A stretch of DNA of 64,000 nt from Azolla caroliniana (Eukaryota > Plantae > Polypodiophyta). The stretch is from positions 25,358,001-25,422,000 of the forward strand of contig JBHGNT010000004.1 of NCBI GenBank assembly GCA_043228905.1. The letters run 5' to 3'. The notes under the pieces were generated by a model. The model searched no databases. It saw only the letters and a program-made list of their open reading frames with translations, and was not told where the DNA came from. Made by a program: the position numbers and the translations under genes. Below are positions 42,201-56,219 of this stretch, one piece after another; within the stretch, counting starts at the first letter, position 1, and each line of letters opens with the position of its first letter.

Positions 42201-45194
42201 ACATGCATGTATTTTACAGTTATGTATGTTCTTAGTTAAATTACTTATCGCTAAGGCTTATTACTTCATCGATAGTCATAATGTATTATAATATTGGGGT
42301 GCAGGATTCAAAACCCATACCATACACGCATACATATTTTATTTATCACTAGATAAATCTGTAACACTCATAAAATGGTGAGAATGTGCAAGGAACAAGG
42401 TGTTTCGCGCCATGCACCATTGGCAACACATCGCAGTATTGCAAATGAGGTGCAAAGAACTCCAACCTATATGAGAAGAAATAGAAAGAAGGATAAAAAT
42501 GTGAGTCTAACTTCAAATTAATGATGGAAAAAGTATATACATACATCTTCAATGAAGAATGACAAATCCCTTGTCCTGTCCATGTAGTATATCTTGAATA
42601 CTTTGGATATTCCCAGACATGTGGTGGATCTATATGATTCGAGTAACCCTTATTTGCCACATAAGCCTTGATCCAAGATAGGCAACCCATGAACATAATT
42701 GAATTCTATAACGATTATTTCCCGGCCATGAACGCGATCCAAGATACGCAGCCATGTGAGGGATCTATATGACTCAAGTAACCCTTATTTGCCACATGGG
42801 ATGCAGGTAATATGAGTCACAATCCAAGATAGGAAACCCATGAACGTAAATAAATTCTATAACAATTATTACCCACATAGGATGCAAGGTAACATGTTTC
42901 AAGAGATATTGCATGCATCAGAATACATAGGTACCAAGAACTACAACATGCCACAAATTGCTAGTGCACTCTTTTGAGCCCTTTTTAAAACCTTCAAGAG
43001 ATCAAACAAGACAACAATAGTAAGGAAACAATAATAATTCCTAGATGCAAAGACACACATCAGGTTACGTATGTACCAAGGATATTGCATGCATCAGGCT
43101 CATATGTATGATAGGACTACGTCATGCTTGGAAAGGTTAGTACATTCTATGGAGCCTTTGTAAGGCTTCTAGAATCATACAAGAGAAAGACGGTCAGGAG
43201 CAATAATAATTTCTAGATGCAATGGAAATTTTAGTTGATGAATCATGAGCATCATCAATATTTGACATAGAAGAACGGGTAAATAGCTATCACATTGTAT
43301 CATCTACGTACGAGCTAAGATGAAAAGCTTTCTGCACATAGCACACATTGACAAAACAGATGAGGGAAAAGGGTGATGATGTAAATTACTGAGTCTGATG
43401 TTCAACCCTACTAATTAATAAACATTACTATAATTATAGAATAGCACAATTATATTCTGATTGCAACACCTACATAAGAGCCAAAATAGGATGAACTTAT
43501 CCTGAAATCATTAAAAAAGAAGCAATCATACCTTCCCAAGGGCTGTCTTCTGGGCCAAAAACCGTGGCACTCCACACAAACAGGTTTTCATCACCATATG
43601 GACTCGCACTGCATCCCTGGAGTAGAGAGATGAAGGATCCAAAATGAAAGACAAGGTGTGCAATTAGCTAGAGTGGGAATGAAACAAAGGATTTGTGAAA
43701 ATCTAGTTATGAAATAAGCCTTGACCTAAAAGATCAATCAACAACTGACAAAATACCTATAAAAGGACGAATAGTTGACAAAGGTTGCCTTTTAGAGAGG
43801 AAAGAGGAAAAAAGAAACAAGGTATCCTCACATAGATGAAAAAGGTAGCAATAAAATAGATGAAATACAAAGAGAGTCTGAGGAAAACGAAATGAAACAA
43901 AATATTCATGACAATCTAGATATCCCTGAACAAACAGGTGGCAACAGACAAGAAGATTGGTTTATAATGCGACAAATGATCAAAATCAATGACAAACTTG
44001 CAGTTTCAATGAGAAAGCGGATAAAAGGGATTCATGAAAAACTAGCTATGAAATAGCCCCAAAGGAAACAAGTAGTTCAAAATTAGACAACAAGAGCTGA
44101 AATATGGAGCGAATGTTGAAATGAAACAAAATGGAAACCAGTGAAATGAGCCAAGTATCAGCGAAAAAGTAGTGAAATAGCTGCCAATCAAAAAGGTTGC
44201 ACAAATATGGAAGAAAATATCCATAAATAGATGTAAGGATCTAGAACGATGGCAAAGCTTGCAGTTTGCAAAGGGAAAATAGGGAAGAGAGGGAATATAA
44301 GCACAGGATCATAAAAACTAGCTGATAAATAGCTACGTTAAAATGAAAAAGGTGATGCAAAAGTACCAGTGATATGGAAAGAGAAACTATAGACATTCTA
44401 TAGTTTACGAAGAAACAAAGAAATAGTGAAAATCTACATGTGTTATAGATTTTGAATGAAACAAAGCAAGGCAGAATCAGAAGAAAGCACTGTGGGAATG
44501 AAGCTGTGAGACAATATAAACGGGTGAATTGCCAAAAACAAAAACAAGGTTTGCATTTTTCAAAGCAGAAAGCGGAGGATTCACAAAAATCTATCAGCCA
44601 AATAGCCTGAAATGGAAAAAACAGAATAAAATAACAAATATAGGAATAAAAGATCACAAACAATGACAATGAATGCAGTTTGCGGAACAATGGTACCACA
44701 GCTGTGAAATAAACCTAAAAGAAAAAGGTACAGCAATAACAGAAGAAAAAGACATATCATAAAATGAATAGTCGGCTTCAAAGAGAAAGACATGTAAACA
44801 GGCAAATAATTTATCCATTAAAAATTTATGAAACAGAAAAGAAAAAGGAATAAAATCTCTATGAAGAAGTTCATGGCCAAAAACGGCCGATAAAGGAACA
44901 GAAAAGACAGAATAAACCTAATACAAACCGATGTGTGAAGGAAAAGATCAAAGAGCAAGGGATCCATCGAAAACTAATTCTAAAAATATAGAGCTACACG
45001 AAACAAACAGAGTAGAAAAATAGAAGAAAACCCGATAGATAGATCATAGAACAGGGAGAGAGGGGGAGAGAGGTGCGTGTGCGTGTGGGTGGGTGGGAAC
45101 GATATGAAATTGTGGTGGCGTTTGATACCTCGGGAGGTTCATTTCGGATGACCTTGAGATCGGACATGAGCCGGAGCTGTGCAGAGGACGCCAT
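39248..45194 (-). CDS. UBC: E2 ubiquitin-conjugating enzyme, RAD6/UBC2-like, 6 exons, 152 aa
   Basis: Exons 45194-45129, 43616-43532, 40166-40074, 39966-39878, 39477-39392, 39287-39248 (459 nt). Motifs [35 protein letters not shown], catalytic Cys in [19 protein letters not shown]. Confidence 0.93.
40760..41660 (+). mobile_element. RTE-X-like LINE 3' fragment in UBC intron 2 (antisense to host)
   Basis: C-terminal zinc-binding motif [34 protein letters not shown] (40898-41119); 3' hairpin ggccattttggcc then a (TTTC)n tail; homologous to 59985-61380. Confidence 0.75.
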
Positions 45195-45619
45195 AGCGTC
45201 AGATGGAAAAGCTTCAGAGCTTCTCTGCAGAAGCTTCGTCTCTCTCGCCGATCAGAACGACGAAGGATGAAGAAAGACGAAGGATGAAGACGAAGGTGAT
45301 ATATTCTTAATCTACCCAAATACCCCTTTTGCGTATTTTCGAAAGAATTCCCAAAATGCCCCTCCTATTTTCCACAAATAGAGAGAGAGAGAGAGATACC
45401 AAAATATCCCTTGGGTATGTATCTTCGAAGAATTCTCAAAATACCCCTCCTGTCTTCTCGGAGATGAATATGACTCTCCTTCTCCTTCATTTCGCGAGCG
45501 TATGAGAAATCATGATGGTCTTTGGTTGGAAAGGATCGCACAACTTATGGACAAACTTCGAATTGTATGCATGGTCCATGTGACTTGGTACTACAATACG
45601 TTAATAGGTCTTGGGGGGA

Positions 45620-45716
45620 TTTGTCTTCACTAATAGGCCATTATCCTACATGTGATATATATGCAACTTTGTCTTCACTAATAGGCCATTATCCTACATG
45701 TGATATATATGCAACG
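45620..45716. repeat. 48-bp perfect tandem duplication upstream of UBC
   Basis: 'tttgtcttcactaataggccattatcctacatgtgatatatatgcaac' at 45620 and 45668. Confidence 0.9.
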
Positions 45717-46779
45717 TTTCATGTCTAAGATTCCATACATAAATCAGGCATCGTAACACCGTATTGTATATAGTTACTACACCATCTCCTATTTATGCAT
45801 GATCGTCAATTGTGATCCTATATACCAGGGTCGTGATGTATTATATATAGCGAAGGTTATGTTTCAAAACCATTATTGCTCAACGTCAACCTTTGGCACG
45901 TTTGGCAAATTCCTTGTTTTCCTTTCCTTCTTACTCTCTTTTCCAATTCAAATTTGTTTTTGGCTTTCACCCCTACCAAATTTTACCAAAATCCCCTTCT
46001 TTATTCTTTTGTTAGAACTTCGGGAAACACTTTAATAGCCATTGAGTATGTAAGCAAGCCAAAATACATGCATGTCTTATCTAAGCTCACGTGCCTTATA
46101 TTACAACCAATCTTGTGGCACTAGAGTAAGACAATCATCAAAAACTTAAAAGTTAAAACAATTGAGTGCCAAGAATGGACAACAACATGAGGGGTTACCT
46201 TGTTGTCTATTGCTTATAACGCGTCGAAAGAGACTTGCAGTTCCAAACCCTTGGATTCAATAATTATTTGATAGCTTGAATGACATAATGAAGGCGTTCT
46301 CTGCTATGGTGATATGCTTCAAAAAACAATGTTTAGTTTTCCCAAAAACACCTCCCAAAGTAATATGAGGATTTCTAACTTGGTGTGTCTCATGATTCAA
46401 ATGCACCTTGCTTCATGTCCAACCACTGTTGTTCTAGTTGGATTTTGGTCAAAACATTATTAACATTGTTGGAAAATACTAATGTGGTTGCGCCCTTGGA
46501 AGAGTAAAAGTCACCATGTTTACTAAAACAATTTGTATGGTTTTATTGATGTGTTCCAAAAATATAGACAAGGTTAAAATGGCAATCAACGATATGTGAA
46601 TATTGTGGCAAGGAGATCATTGTGCCTCAACTTATGCTACAAATTTATCCTTCTTGTATATGATATAATATGGGACGAGGAAGTGTTGATTGATCAATTT
46701 CAACATGGTCATTTAACTGACATAAATCATTTGTTGCTCAAGTTTTCATGAAGAACCCCCAATCACTCATAGCGGTGAT

Positions 46780-47200
46780 TAGTTGCAATTAGGGGAAGAT
46801 CTACCATGGAGGTCAATATGTAAGCAACCACCATTAGAGCTTAAGATTATTTGAGAGTATATCGATGGAATCTTGCAATCCTAGGAACCTTGTCAATGCA
46901 CCCATGTTTTTTTGTCAAGAAGAAAGATAGTTCTCTTCATTTGGTTGTGGATAATTGATAAATCAACAAGGTCGTGGTTTGAATTAAGGCATGCTTTCAA
47001 GCCATTTAGAATGTCCTAATGGAGCGAAATACTTCATGAAGCTCGATGGAATCTTTTAGAGTGTCTCAATGGAATGAAATGCTTTGTAATGCGTACAACC
47101 TTGTGTTTTGTTTTTTAGGAAATGCATTTCGCACTCAATACAGAGATTTCGAGTACAGAACTATGTCATTTCACTCCCATTAATGCATTGTCTAATTCTC
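46780..47200 (+). mobile_element. Degenerate Ty3/Gypsy reverse transcriptase fragment
   Basis: Translation through stops and frameshifts: FFVKKKDSSLHLVVD..INKV, AKYFMKLD, NAYNL, AFRTQYRDFEYRTMSF, matching the Gypsy RT N-terminal motifs. Confidence 0.7.
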
Positions 47201-49068
47201 AAGACTATGGCGAGTAATTATTTCTACAATTTCTTAGACATATCCATCGTAGTTATTTAAACATCTCAATTTATTCAAGAGGAACATGATGCCCATGTTT
47301 AAAAAGATGAAGTTCGTAAATGATTGTGAGGATACATATTTGAACCATTTGAACTTACGAAAGTCCAACATAATCCGACAACATTGAGTTGGAAATCCCA
47401 CAACATATAGGGGAATTACGGGCATGTTTTTTAGTGTCTTCCACAAGAATCCCTCTTTTAGAAAGAAATTTGATATTTTCTTCCTCTTCATCATTGTCAT
47501 AATCAATCTTGACCCTTCTTGTAGTGTTGCTTGTAGTCATCTTCCATTGTGCTCTAAGTTGACTTGAGCATCAAACTCTTAGATAATTCTTTTTTGATAA
47601 CAAATCTTCATCAAAGTCCTCTTTTCTAGTTGTACATTGTCTTCTCTTTTGAACCTTGCCCTAAAACAACATGACAACGACATGTTTGTTTGAACAAGAT
47701 CAGAGAAAAGGCATAGGATACTCAGGCGTGACAATAGTCTTAACCACCAACATAACAATCATTTTAACAGCAACAAGTGATACATTTCATTGGTATTTTA
47801 AGGAGCACATCATCAAATGTTATTTAGCTCTTCATATTGTCGCTAAACGTAGCCATTTGAATACCTTCCTATTCAAATTTAGCAGAATTCAACATAACCC
47901 TTAATTAAATGACAGATCATTCCTTCTATGAGTTTTGAAGCATGAATAACAATCAAATTTCTCACATACAATGACACCACACAATAAGACTTTGTCTTGC
48001 CCTTGAGAGTAACCCTCAACAATATTGGCTTCATCCACATATGTTGCCTTCGGTGGTCATGGGACATGTCTGCCAAAAAGTAATAAAGAATTTGCATTAG
48101 AAATTAATAAATACTCAAGTTTTTCTTGAAGTAAATAAAATAATATTATATATGTATGTATGTATATGTGGCTTGCATTTGGGGGCAACTCAAACTCATC
48201 TCTAGTATACCCAAAGTTCATGTTTTCATGTGATGGCAACCTTGAAGGGAGACTCATAAATTTTCATGGAAGTTGGCCTAAAATATTCTATTTCAGGTAA
48301 AAAAGAGAAGAGCTATTCTTCTCTTTTCTTCCTGTCCGCTAAGATGGATGATAATCCTTTGGCCTTGCCTTTCCTTTCACGGTTGTCTTGTCGCTAGTTG
48401 TCCTGGCAGAACTTTGCCATTCCACTCGTGATATGCGGTGAAATCTCTGTCTAAATCATCGAAGAGGAAAATGTTTGGGCATTAGGGATAACGCATCATG
48501 CAAATATTTATAAATTATAAGTTATGCACAAAATTAAAGCTAACGTAGTGCAAAATGCAAATAAATCAGTCGCATTTCTATGCGATCAATCTCCATGAAA
48601 TAAATAAAGTAATATTAGAAATTCATATATGTATGTTTGTACGTACATATCTACATACATGGCTTGGATTTGGGGCCAACTTTAGCTCATCTCAAGTATA
48701 CCAATCTGAGACGAAAAATGTTTGGACATTAAGGATAATGCATCATGCATATCTTTATAAGTCATACACGAAATTTTAGTGGATTTAAGTCAACAAGTAC
48801 AAAGTTAAAGCTAATGTAATGCAAAACCTATATATAATAATTCTCCTACATTTCTATGTGATCAATCTCCATAAATCGATCATTTCTTTAATGAAGAAAT
48901 TAGTTTCAAGTTACAAAGTATTCAATTGCTAATTAAATTTCTTTTGATATTCAAAGAATTAAAGATGACAAAATTTGATAAGTTATTGTCTCGTACGAAG
49001 CCTAGTTTGAACTTTGAATAATGCATTTGGTAATTAATTTATCTCTACTCAAAGTATAACACTTACTT

Positions 49069-52000
49069 CTTCTTCTTTTCAAAATGAAGCTACTTTCCCA
49101 TTAGTTAGGAAGGATTATTACATAGAGAGTCTACATGGAGACTTATACACACATCGGGGAGTCTTCCTCCGATCAAGTAAAAGAAGATGAGCCTACTTAC
49201 AATGCCTTGCGGCCTAACTTAATGTAAGAAGCTACCTATATCCAAGGCGATGCCCTTTAATGTTGCCTAGTACGAGTCGGCTATTGGGGCCTACAACGAA
49301 GAGAGGGTGGCAGGTGAGTAGGAAACAACCAACGTGGGGGCTGGTAGTTCCACCTCGGGCCACTCCCGCCTTGCATCACCATAGGTGTGTTCCGCCATTT
49401 TTGCCAATAGCGCAAACGGGCAGTGACCACGTCGTTGGAGTGGTTGCAAACCTCTTCCAGTTGCCCTCGTAGGCAGTTGATAAAGCGCGGACCATATGTC
49501 CATGATCACTTCCTCCGGGGGCCGTACCGTACCGTACCTTGGAAAACCTTGAGGCAACGCGCTTTCCATATATACCACAAGGTAAAACTTGCGATCAACA
49601 TCCAGATTTCCAGAAACCTAGGGGATGCGGGTTGCAAGCCTCTTTCAAAACGGATCTTGACGATTTTGCCTCTCATGCATACATAGCACCAACTATCTGC
49701 ATTGACTACGTTCGTCCACCCTTCGACTGAGTGATCAATCCATGCCGCAGCGCTCCACGTGCCTTCAACTTCACATGCCGCAAGGAGGCGAGTCACTCTA
49801 TCCCATACCTTTTGAGCTTGAGGGCAATCCCACAGACAATGTCTCAGAGTCTCAATAGGTCGAGAGCACAATGGGCAGCCTAACGGGCCGCCACGTTTAT
49901 CTAGCCATTCGCCAACTGGCACCACATTATGACCGATCTGCCACCAAAAGAGCTTGATCTTTTTAGGCATGTGGAGATGCCAAAGACCCTTCCAAAAGGT
50001 AATGAGCGCCTCATCAGGGATGCCCAATGTTTGCCATCCATTGTGAAGGGGGGCGCCTAGTTGCAACTGCAAAGTCCGACCCAATTTAGTGGTGTAATCG
50101 AAGAAGTGGTGGAGTTTATCGTCATGTTTCCATCTAAAATCCCCTGGGTCCCAATCTAGATCAACAAGGGGGCGACAACCGTATACCTTTAACCTCCAAT
50201 GGGGTTCCACCTTAGCAACATCCGGGTCTATCTTCCAGATGTTATCAACCTGTGCCACCACTCGGATTGGGTGCTAAGAGCCCTTGCTCTTACTGTCCCC
50301 AAAAACTGTATCTCTCCCTGATCCGCTCACACCCTTTAGTGACTTGACCATTCCAGCCTCGTCAAAGAGACTGAACCATGCATGTTCTCTCGCCTCCCCC
50401 ATCGGAACCCTGTCAACTGCCTCAGCTATCAGTCTCTGCATTTTCGTAGCTCCCTTGAGGGGAGGAAAAAGGTCCTCTTGGGCTCTTCCTAAAACAACAT
50501 TGCGTCTCCAATCATCTATAGATAGGAGGCATGTTGTGCCAACTTTCCCCATGCTAGGCCCTTAAGTTGCCCTACCATCGTGTCATCACTTGTTCGCACG
50601 TGAGGATTCCAGAATAGTGGTTGTCTAGTCCATTAAGTCAATGTCTCCAGGGTGTGCTTGACCGAATGCTGTTGTAGATGGCACCATGCCCGCAAGATGG
50701 AGTTCGCGACCTTGTCCTCCGGATGGCAAGCCAGCTTGGGTGGGACTCCGCTCATGCATCACCAATTCAAGGAGTCGGGCCAAGGCCTACCATACTTGGG
50801 AGTCCCTGCTTGCAACCTGTTGTGAAGTAGTACCTTCTAGCACCCCTTACTTGGCAGGAGGCAGCGAACCACCATTTTAGCCAACAATGCACGACTCTGC
50901 ATTAAGGGGTCTATGAGGCCAAGCCCCCCTTTGGCCCGCGGTTGCGTTAACCAACACCATGACACTCTGGCGGAAGCCCTTGGGTTGTCCTTACCTGACC
51001 ATATAAACCCCCTGATGGCAACCTTAATCGTGTGCAGACCTGTAGGGTCCATAATCTAGCATGAGACTGAGTGCCACATGGTAGCGAGTAGCCCTTGGTT
51101 CGCAACAAGGACCCTACCAGTGAAGGATAATTTAGATCTACTCCATTGGGTCAACTTCCTATTTATTTTGGCTTGTACGTGGGCCAATTGCGCTCCCTTG
51201 GGGATTGACCTCCCCATCGTAAATCCAAGGTACTTGAACGTCGTCCCATCAGGGACCCACATAAAATCGGCATGGGGTTTTGCCATCTTGGTTTCTCTTG
51301 TTCATTGAACCATAGGCCTTGGGTTTTATTCCAATTGATCTTGGCACCATCCACCTGACAAAAGTCGTCGACAAGATGTTTAGCCCACTGCAAATTCTCC
51401 TCATCACCTTGCAAGAAAAGAACCGTATCGTCGGCATATTCAGATAACAACAAATCTTCAGTCGCATTGGGGATGGGCAATCCCCGCAGCCCGTTGGTTG
51501 GTGCTTGTAAGTAGGCGGAGAAAGCCTCGGTTACAAAGAGATAGAGATATGGGGCTAGGGGACAACCTTGCCTCACTGAGCGTTGTAGTTGGAAGGCGGG
51601 TCCCCTAGAACCAGCCATCAGCACGCTACTTGTAGCTGTCCGATAGAGTGCAGAAGTGCAATTCCTCCATTTTTGAGGTAGGCCCAAAGCTCTCATCACA
51701 TTTTCCAAAAAGGGCCATAGCACCTTGTCGTAGGCCTTCTCGAAGTCTAACATCAGAATAGCTGAGCTCGATACGGAGTGACCGGCCAATGCCATAACTT
51801 CCCAAAGAAGCAACACATTATCAAAGATACACTTGTTCTTGACAAATCCAATTTGATTGTCATGTATGATGTCCGGTAAGAAGCTTGCTAACCACCGAGC
51901 TAGGACTTTAGCGAGTATCTTGTATGTCGTGTTAAGGATCGTGATTGGACGTCACTGGCGCAACTCTAGGCTTCGCTCTAACGCTTTGGGGATGAGATAT

Positions 52001-53299
52001 ATCATCCCCTCAGCCAGACCAATCAACATCTTTCCTAAGGACCAAATCTCTTGAACTCCGGCTTCCAAAGATGGGATAACACATTCCCAATGAATCTCGA
52101 AGAAATCTCGTGAGAGACCATCAGGGCCGGGGCATGCACCCCTTCGCAATCCCCTAAGTGCCTCTGAGAGTTCTAAATGAGAGATGGGGCTATCGAGCAC
52201 AACCTTGGGGTGAATGCAAGAAATCACTCGATCAATCAGCTCCGTGTTTTGCCTCACATGCATAGGTGCGAGGAGGTCACGATAGTATTGTGTTGCCATT
52301 TCTAGAATCTCAGTCTTGTCCTCCGTTATTGAGCCGTCTAGTTTGCGCAACCCTTGTATACGTCCACCACCACCCTTGGGTGCCTTATAGTGAAAGAAAT
52401 GTCGGTTGACCTTGTTGTCTTTTCTAGCCCACCATGTTGCGTTTCTTTGAAACAACATTTGGTTCTTCTCCAAAGTCTTTTCTTGTACCTTCATCTTTGC
52501 TTCCTCCAGCTTAGCTCTAGACCAATTGCAACCAGGGTCTACTTATAACAGTCGTTGCGCTGCTGCAACGACCTTCCTTAATTTTGTTTCAATGGCTCTA
52601 ACCTGTTGGAGGGCGCACTTGGTCTCCTGTTGTAAAAAGGAGGAGGAGAGGGCCAATTTTTTCTGCAAATCTTAGCTGGCTGATTCACTGCCCATGGTGT
52701 CCTACCATATACTCTGTAAACCGGCATTCACCTCTTCACTCTTCATGATCTTTGTGGGGATCTTCACATTGAAACTGCCCTTGCTATCGTTGGGTGGGTT
52801 AAGGTCTAGTCTCACCGACTGATGATCTAAAAATGTAAGACCTTCCAAGATAGCAAAGGAGCCCCCAAGCTCTTCGAGGGATGAGCTGATGTATATGCGA
52901 TCTAGCCGTGCAAGACTACCGTCCCTAGCATTCCCGACGGCTTTGGAAAAGTGCAGCGAATGTGAGCTTCTCCTAAGGGAAGAGCCCCATGTATCCTTCA
53001 CCCCGATTTTGCCAATTAGGAAAGCCCATGAAACCAGCTCCGCACCATAAATAGGCCTCTAGGTCCCTCCTTTCCTATCTCCCAGGTGTTCAGTCATGTT
53101 GAAATCACCTGCTATTACCCAAGCCTCGGCATCAGGTAATGTTGTCGCTAACATCCTCCAAAAGATTGCTCTCTCGGGGGCTGAGTTAGGGGCATAAATG
53201 TTTAGCACCCCAATCTGTAGGCGATTCCATTTCAGAAGCACGTATAAGGCCCGACCCTCCACCAGCGTGCCAGATGATGTTACTTCGTATCGGGCCTTA
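49069..53299 (-). mobile_element. 5'-truncated L1-clade LINE (ORF2: endonuclease-RT-zf-RVT) with several stops and frameshifts
   Basis: Endonuclease NIYAPN..WVIAGDFN and ARLDRIYIS; RT LDFEKAYDKV, SVRQGCPLAPYL, EYADDT, KYLGF; GGLGL; zf-RVT CPLCSRPIETLRHCLWDC. Short (AAG)n-like tail at ~49069-49080; possible TTACTT TSD (49063-49068 / 53300-53305). More GC-rich than its flanks. Confidence 0.92.
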
Positions 53300-54636
53300 T
53301 TACTTTTGTTTTTCGATAAAATTATACATAATTGCTATATTCCGTGAATGTATTTGATCATCTTTCTTGTTCACAATGCAATTATCTTCCACATGCCATT
53401 TGTAATTAAATTGGTTGCCTCAATTCTACCAATTCGACAAACATAACAAAGGTCTTGTGCTTCACATGATGTTTTGCACATAATGTCTCGTTAGAATATC
53501 CAAGGGTAGATTTAGACTACATCCCAACTAAAAGAATAAAACTCTTGATATTGATTGACCTTTATCCAATAAGCATCTTTTCCAAACAAAAGCAGAATTT
53601 TCTCATTCCATCAATTGGATGTGGTTGGGTTTAGAATTAGTTTCTTTTACATTGTATGAGAAACTATTGTTGTGGAGTGACGTGAACGCGAGGAGAAAAA
53701 GTGATATTTCTCAACAACTCGTCAAGATGCATATGAAACCTATGTTTCATGCAAAGTCAACTCTCAGCAAATTAGCCTGACTACGAAGCCTACAAATTCA
53801 TTGTGATTGCAAGACCTACAAATAATACATACCTACAATGCAAGCAAATGAAGGTTTAGCATGAAACATGTGAATAGGATTATGTGTGAAGCTCCCGAAC
53901 AATGGTTAAGTGAAAAGCATGTGATCAAAGGTTTTAAAACAAAAAGAATGTGAATTAAGCGATGTGTGTGTACCAATGAAGTGTTGAATGTTGTTGACAA
54001 TGAGATTTGTTAATTACAAAATAAGGACCACATTCCTATGAACAAAGACAAACGTTAACATCTACCTACAATCAAGGATGAATGAAGCATCGAGAGTTGA
54101 TGACAGTGGGATCACTAGTTGAGAAACCTCTGTTTACGAAGGAACCAATGAAGAAGTGAGTAATGTAAAGTGCCATTGACACTTGCATAAGTCTCGAGCC
54201 ATTGTTTCTTCCTCTCTCTCCAAACCATACAAGTCTCTCACGCCCAATCAAGCCATCAAATCAATATACACTAGCTCCCTCACAAATATCCACATTTGCT
54301 ATAATTCCAACCTCCTCAATTCCATATTCCACAAAGTCATTAGATTGCACCCACACACAATACTTGCCCACCACAAATTCCTCTTCCCTCAAGTAGTCGT
54401 CAATGAAATTTTCGGGAACTCATGCAACCTCCATGAGATAGACTAGCCTAGTCCAAGATCCTTGTGGCCCCACACTTTGTTTTCACACGCGCACGTGGTT
54501 ATCTACAACACCGACCAACTTCATGCAACAAGACAAGTTTCTATGTGCCAATCTAGTAGGCATGACACTTACACTGTACCACGTCGTGGTGGCAAAAACA
54601 ATTGGACCATGACCAAACATTTGCTGACGCCACATT

Positions 54637-54773
54637 GGCACGGGGTGCGGTTTCTTCTTCACGCCCAACATGAACAACCAATGAGGTTGCGCCACATCAC
54701 CTTGTGGCGGCACGGGGTGCAGCTTCGTCTTCACGACCAACATCCACAACCAATGAGGTTGCGCCACATCACC
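54637..54773 (+). promoter_or_regulatory. 72-bp tandem repeat containing CCAAT boxes in the putative TSR3 promoter, followed by a telo-box
   Basis: 'ggcacggggtgc...caaccaatgaggttgcgccacatcacc' at 54637 and 54709; 'ctagggtttt' at 54801; strong donor CAG|GTAAGT at 54950/54951 suggests a 5'UTR exon spliced to the acceptor at 58285. Confidence 0.5.
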
Positions 54774-56219
54774 ATGGTGTGTGTGTGTGTGTGTGGGGAC
54801 CTAGGGTTTTTAGAGAACCGGACTTGCCAAGCCTTCATCACCGTGTGTTCTCATTATTGTTATTTATTTTGATGCGTTAATCAGGGGGGGACAGACAACT
54901 AATCATTGTTTGTTTGGCTCATCTCTGTTGTTCAGCTAAATTTTGCACAGGTAAGTCGTGCGAGCTTTTTCGTTCTTCTCTGTCTGCTTGTATGATCTTA
55001 TGCGTCATCCAATCTTTATAGATCCTATTCAAAAATTACATGTGTTTTTTGCCTCATCAAGGCCTCTCTAAATCAACCGCTCTCTTCATTGCTGATATAC
55101 AGTTTTTTTTAAAATGAAACAGGATATAGCTATGTGCCTATCTATCTATCTATATTTTTGCACGACTTGGCATTTGTTAAATATTCATTTTTGCAACTTT
55201 TGAAACAAAAAATCATCATTATTATTTTTTCGAACTTTGGGCATTTCTGTAAATTTTCCTTTTTAAGCTTCTTTTGAATCTCAAATTAGACCCTTGAAGC
55301 CATACAATTGTTTTTCAATTGAAGCACTAATATGGACCCTCCAATAGATTATAATTACTCTATAAATGATATTTTATATGCACGATTTTTTTATCATTCC
55401 CTGCTATACAAATGTTTTCAATTAAATCACTAATATGGACCCTCCAATATATTTTAATTACTCTATACATTATCTTTTATATGCATGGTTTTTAATCATT
55501 CCTTTGTGCTACGTTTTTGCAAAATTTGAAAATTTTATAGCTTCTTTTGAATACCAAAATGGTTAAAAAATGATGTCTTATACAGCTAGTTTTTTAGGCA
55601 TTTCTAGGAGTTTCAAAATCATGCATTCAAATTATTCTAAATTACTAGTATATACTTATTGCATTTCTTTGAGTTTCAAAATTGCATCTTTTGGGAGAAT
55701 TTAGGCTTCCTTTCAAGGCCAAAATCCCCTGCATACGGGTTTCAAATGTAAGCTCTGTTCTAGAAAGTCAACTAGCTTTTTAGGACTTAACTTGTAGTGG
55801 ATTGTTTGTGTCTTTGCAAATTAAATTTAAGAGCTTCTTGTATAATATTAATGAGGTTTTTGTCGAGTTTTATTATGTCTTTACATGTGGTTAAATGATT
55901 TCATTCATTATTTGAAAAAAATGGATGCCAATTCAGTCTTTTGCATGATAGTATACTGCCAGATGGATTGCCAATTGAAGATGATAAGTGAAATATCTCT
56001 AGGTAGAGTTAAATATTCTTTTCATGATAGAGAAGCATATTTGTTGTGAATATTTCAAATGATTATACATTCTGAATGACATTTCTCTTGGTAGAGTCAG
56101 AACTCAGTGTTCTTTAAGGTTTTTATCTCATAGAAAAATAACCATAAATGCAACAAATCCTGTTAAATAATAAGCTTTACGTATGCATTATTGCAATCCT
56201 ATGGATATTCTTTTCATGA

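Noticed and set aside
44042-44805. Hydrophobic F/L/C-rich ORFs in UBC intron 1
   Set aside because: They result from T-rich intron composition; no domain or splice support.
47234-48300. Cluster of short minus-strand ORFs, possibly a DNA transposon remnant
   Set aside because: No catalytic motif or terminal repeat that I could identify, so it is not called.
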